Made by a program: the position numbers and the translations under genes. A stretch of DNA of 30,355 nucleotides. It comes from an uncultured Erysipelotrichaceae bacterium. Lineage in GTDB: Bacteria; Bacillota_I; Bacilli_A; RF39; UBA660. Shown in pieces: positions 28,193-30,355 of the stretch (its first letter is position 1; the number at the start of each line of letters is the position of its first letter). The stretch covers positions 1-30,355 of the forward strand of contig CADBMU010000082.1 in NCBI GenBank assembly GCA_902795845.1, given 5' to 3'. Below the pieces are notes generated by a model. The model was not told the origin of the DNA, did no database searches, and saw nothing but the letters and a program-made list of their open reading frames with translations.

Positions 28193-29107
28193 ATGAAAAA
28201 TAAACTATTATTGATGGTAGTAGTAGTTTTAACAATGGTTTTACTTATAGAGATAAAAACACCAAAAAAAGAAATTCAAAATAATAAAAATGACAATAAT
28301 CAAGAAGAAATTAAAGTTAAAAATATAGCAACTGGTGCAATAGAGACAAAAGATTTAGAAAATTATGTAATGGGAGTGGTAGCTGCAGAAATGCCTGCCT
28401 CTTTTTCTATTGAAGCATTAAAAGCTCAAGCAATAGCATCAAGATCTTATGCATACTATAAAATGAAGCAAAATAATGGTAATTACGACATTATTGCAGA
28501 TGTTTCAAATCAAGCTTATATAAATGATGATGAAATGCATGAAAAATGGCAAGAAGATTATGATATTTATTATAAAAAAGTAAAAGAAGCTGTTGATAGT
28601 ACAAAAAATGAAATAATGACTTATGATGGGCAAGTTATTGAAGCATTTTATTTTGCTATGAGTAATGGTTATACGGAAGATGTAGTTTCAGTTTTTGGTG
28701 AAAGTTTACCTTATTTAAAAAGTGTAGAATCAAAGTGGGATAACAATAGTTTAAATAATTATGAAGTAAATACACAGTTATCAAAAGAAGAATTTTTAAA
28801 AAAATTAAATTTAAACAGTAATACCATAGTTATCAACAATCAAATTTATGATGAAACAGGTAGAACAAAAGAAATCACCATAAATTCTACAACATTTAAG
28901 GGAACAGAGTTTAGAAAATTACTAAATTTAAGGTCAACTGATTTTAAAATCGAATTAGATAATAATATAGTTAATATAACAACAAAAGGATATGGTCATG
29001 GTGTTGGGATGAGCCAATATGGGGCTAATGGAATGGCAAAAGATGGTTTTGATTGTTATACAATTTTAAAATATTATTATAAAGATATTGAATTTCAAAA
29101 ATTATAG
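28193..29107 (+). CDS. spoIID: stage II sporulation protein D (SpoIID/LytB lytic transglycosylase)
   Basis: 'YVMGVVAAEMPASF..EALKAQAIASRSY', 'PYLKSVES', 'LRST', 'GYGHGVGMSQYGANGMA'. Confidence 0.94.
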   Translation: MKNKLLLMVVVVLTMVLLIEIKTPKKEIQNNKNDNNQEEIKVKNIATGAIETKDLENYVMGVVAAEMPASFSIEALKAQAIASRSYAYYKMKQNNGNYDIIADVSNQAYINDDEMHEKWQEDYDIYYKKVKEAVDSTKNEIMTYDGQVIEAFYFAMSNGYTEDVVSVFGESLPYLKSVESKWDNNSLNNYEVNTQLSKEEFLKKLNLNSNTIVINNQIYDETGRTKEITINSTTFKGTEFRKLLNLRSTDFKIELDNNIVNITTKGYGHGVGMSQYGANGMAKDGFDCYTILKYYYKDIEFQKL

Positions 29108-29135
29108 TATATATTTCCAATAATTGGTCAAACTT
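29107..29135 (+). promoter_or_regulatory. sigma-F-type promoter of spoIIQ
   Basis: GTATA (29107-29111), 14 bp, GGTCAAACTT (29126-29135) fits GYATA...GGnnAnAnT; spoIIQ is sigma-F-dependent in B. subtilis. Confidence 0.6.
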
Positions 29136-29155
29136 ATTAGTAGGAAGGTGAGACC

Positions 29156-29788
29156 ATGAAAAAGAGAAAATTAAAAGGATTTGTATTACCCACAGCTTAT
29201 GTTATTGGAGTTACATTTTTATTTTTAGGCATCATGTATGTTGGAAGTAAAGGAGTAGATAGTACTTTAGGAAATTATAAATTTGTAACAGGGCTTTTCA
29301 ATGAAAATTTGACTTCTGTTGTAAGTACTGAAGAACCAAAAGTTTCAAAACCATTTAATAGTGATAAAGTAGAAATAAGTAAATATTTCTATAATAAAGA
29401 TGCTGATGATGCTAATAAAGAAGCTTCTATAATTTACTATGAAAATACTTACATGCAAAACACTGGAGTTTTATATTCTTCTGATGAACAATTTGATGTT
29501 TTAGCAACATTACCTGGAACAGTAACTAATATTAAAGATGATAATATACTTGGAAAAGTTGTATATGTTGAATATAACACAAAATTAACAGTAGTTTATT
29601 ACTCTTTAGAAAGTACTGATCTAAAAATAGGCGACCAAATAGATCAAGATACAGTTATTGGTAAGAGTGGTTCAAATAAATTAGAAAGCCAAAAGAAATA
29701 TAATTTATTAATTGAAGTATATAAAGATGGTAACTTAATTAATCCTTTAGATTTTTATGAAATGAATGTAAACGAATTAAATAATTAA
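29156..29788 (+). CDS. spoIIQ: stage II sporulation protein Q-like (degenerate M23/LytM domain)
   Basis: N-terminal 'FVLPTAY' plus TM; 'FDVLATLPGTV', 'LGKVVYVE', 'IGKSG', 'KDGNLINPLDF'; follows spoIID. Confidence 0.82.
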   Translation: MKKRKLKGFVLPTAYVIGVTFLFLGIMYVGSKGVDSTLGNYKFVTGLFNENLTSVVSTEEPKVSKPFNSDKVEISKYFYNKDADDANKEASIIYYENTYMQNTGVLYSSDEQFDVLATLPGTVTNIKDDNILGKVVYVEYNTKLTVVYYSLESTDLKIGDQIDQDTVIGKSGSNKLESQKKYNLLIEVYKDGNLINPLDFYEMNVNELNN

Positions 29789-29790
29789 TA

Positions 29791-30355
29791 ATGAAAAAAC
29801 AAGTTGATTGTATATTTTACTTAGTTGATAGTTACTTATATTTATATAATTTAAAAAAAGAAGAAATAAAAAAATATAAGTTTTCAAATTATATATATTA
29901 TGGAAGAATAGTAAAAGTAAGTCAGTTTTTAAAAAAATTAAATGAAATAATTAAACAAGAAAAAATTTCAAAACTATTTACTGGTCTAAAAGCAATAGTT
30001 ATTTATGAACCATATTTACAATATAATGATAAAAAAATTATTATTGATGCTTTTGACCAGTGTGGTTTTAAAGATTTAAAATTAATAAGTACAAAACAAA
30101 TTTTATCTAAAAGTAAAACTTTTATAGAAATAAATGAAAAATATTTAATTTTATACAATGAAAATAAGTATTTTTTATTTAATATTAATGAATATTTTAG
30201 TATAAAAGATATAATTAACAAGATATTAAAAAATATTTCTAAAGATATATATTTAATTGGGATAAATGAAAAAATTACAGAGATAGCAGAAATAAGTAAA
30301 AAACTGTTTTACTTTGAAAACAGTAGTGTATACTATTTAAATAATGTAAAAAAAT
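29791..30355 (+). CDS. hypothetical protein, 3'-truncated by the window edge; possible degenerate MreB/Mbl-like fold
   Basis: ATG 2 bp after the spoIIQ stop; open for 188 codons to the window end (MKKQVDCIFYLVDSYLYLY...GRIVKVSQFLKKLNEII...AIVIYEP...DKKIIIDAFDQCGFKDLKLI...KTFIEINEKYLILY...KDIYLIG...). Absent from the ORF track because it has no stop. Confidence 0.75.
   Translation, partial: MKKQVDCIFYLVDSYLYLYNLKKEEIKKYKFSNYIYYGRIVKVSQFLKKLNEIIKQEKISKLFTGLKAIVIYEPYLQYNDKKIIIDAFDQCGFKDLKLISTKQILSKSKTFIEINEKYLILYNENKYFLFNINEYFSIKDIINKILKNISKDIYLIGINEKITEIAEISKKLFYFENSSVYYLNNVKK

Overview
A very AT-rich, origin-proximal core chromosomal segment of a streamlined, apparently spore-forming Bacillota/Bacilli genome (standard code, TGA used as stop). 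It resembles uncultured RF39-type Bacilli, but that placement is an inference. All credible genes are on the + strand: recF-gyrB-gyrA, ffs (SRP RNA), tadA-dnaX-ybaB-recR-bofA-holB-yaaT-yabB-pth-mfd-spoVT, a Met T-box with metG, tatD, a 3D-domain gene, rsmA-yabG-veg-spoVG-yabP-yabQ-divIC, two degenerate ecfA-like genes, truA-rplM-rpsI, an orphan membrane gene, rpmE, an ATP-grasp gene, rpiB, DUF1146, spoIID, spoIIQ and a 3'-truncated ORF missing from the ORF track. The most striking non-coding element is an array of six perfect parS sites (TGTTTCACGTGAAACA) within 616 bp between gyrA and a ~71-nt minimal SRP RNA gene. Each site is extended by palindromic flanks that differ between copies, and the spacers are extremely AT-rich. 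Two Noc-binding sites also occur: a perfect one inside dnaX and a one-mismatch one between metG and tatD. Several proteins appear to be kept as catalytically eroded scaffolds: an EcfA1/EcfA2-like pair without ecfT, a histidine-free SpoIIQ, and a possible miniaturised MreB/Mbl-like protein. No mobile element, CRISPR array, tRNA or rRNA was seen. All family assignments come from motif recognition and synteny, not database searches.
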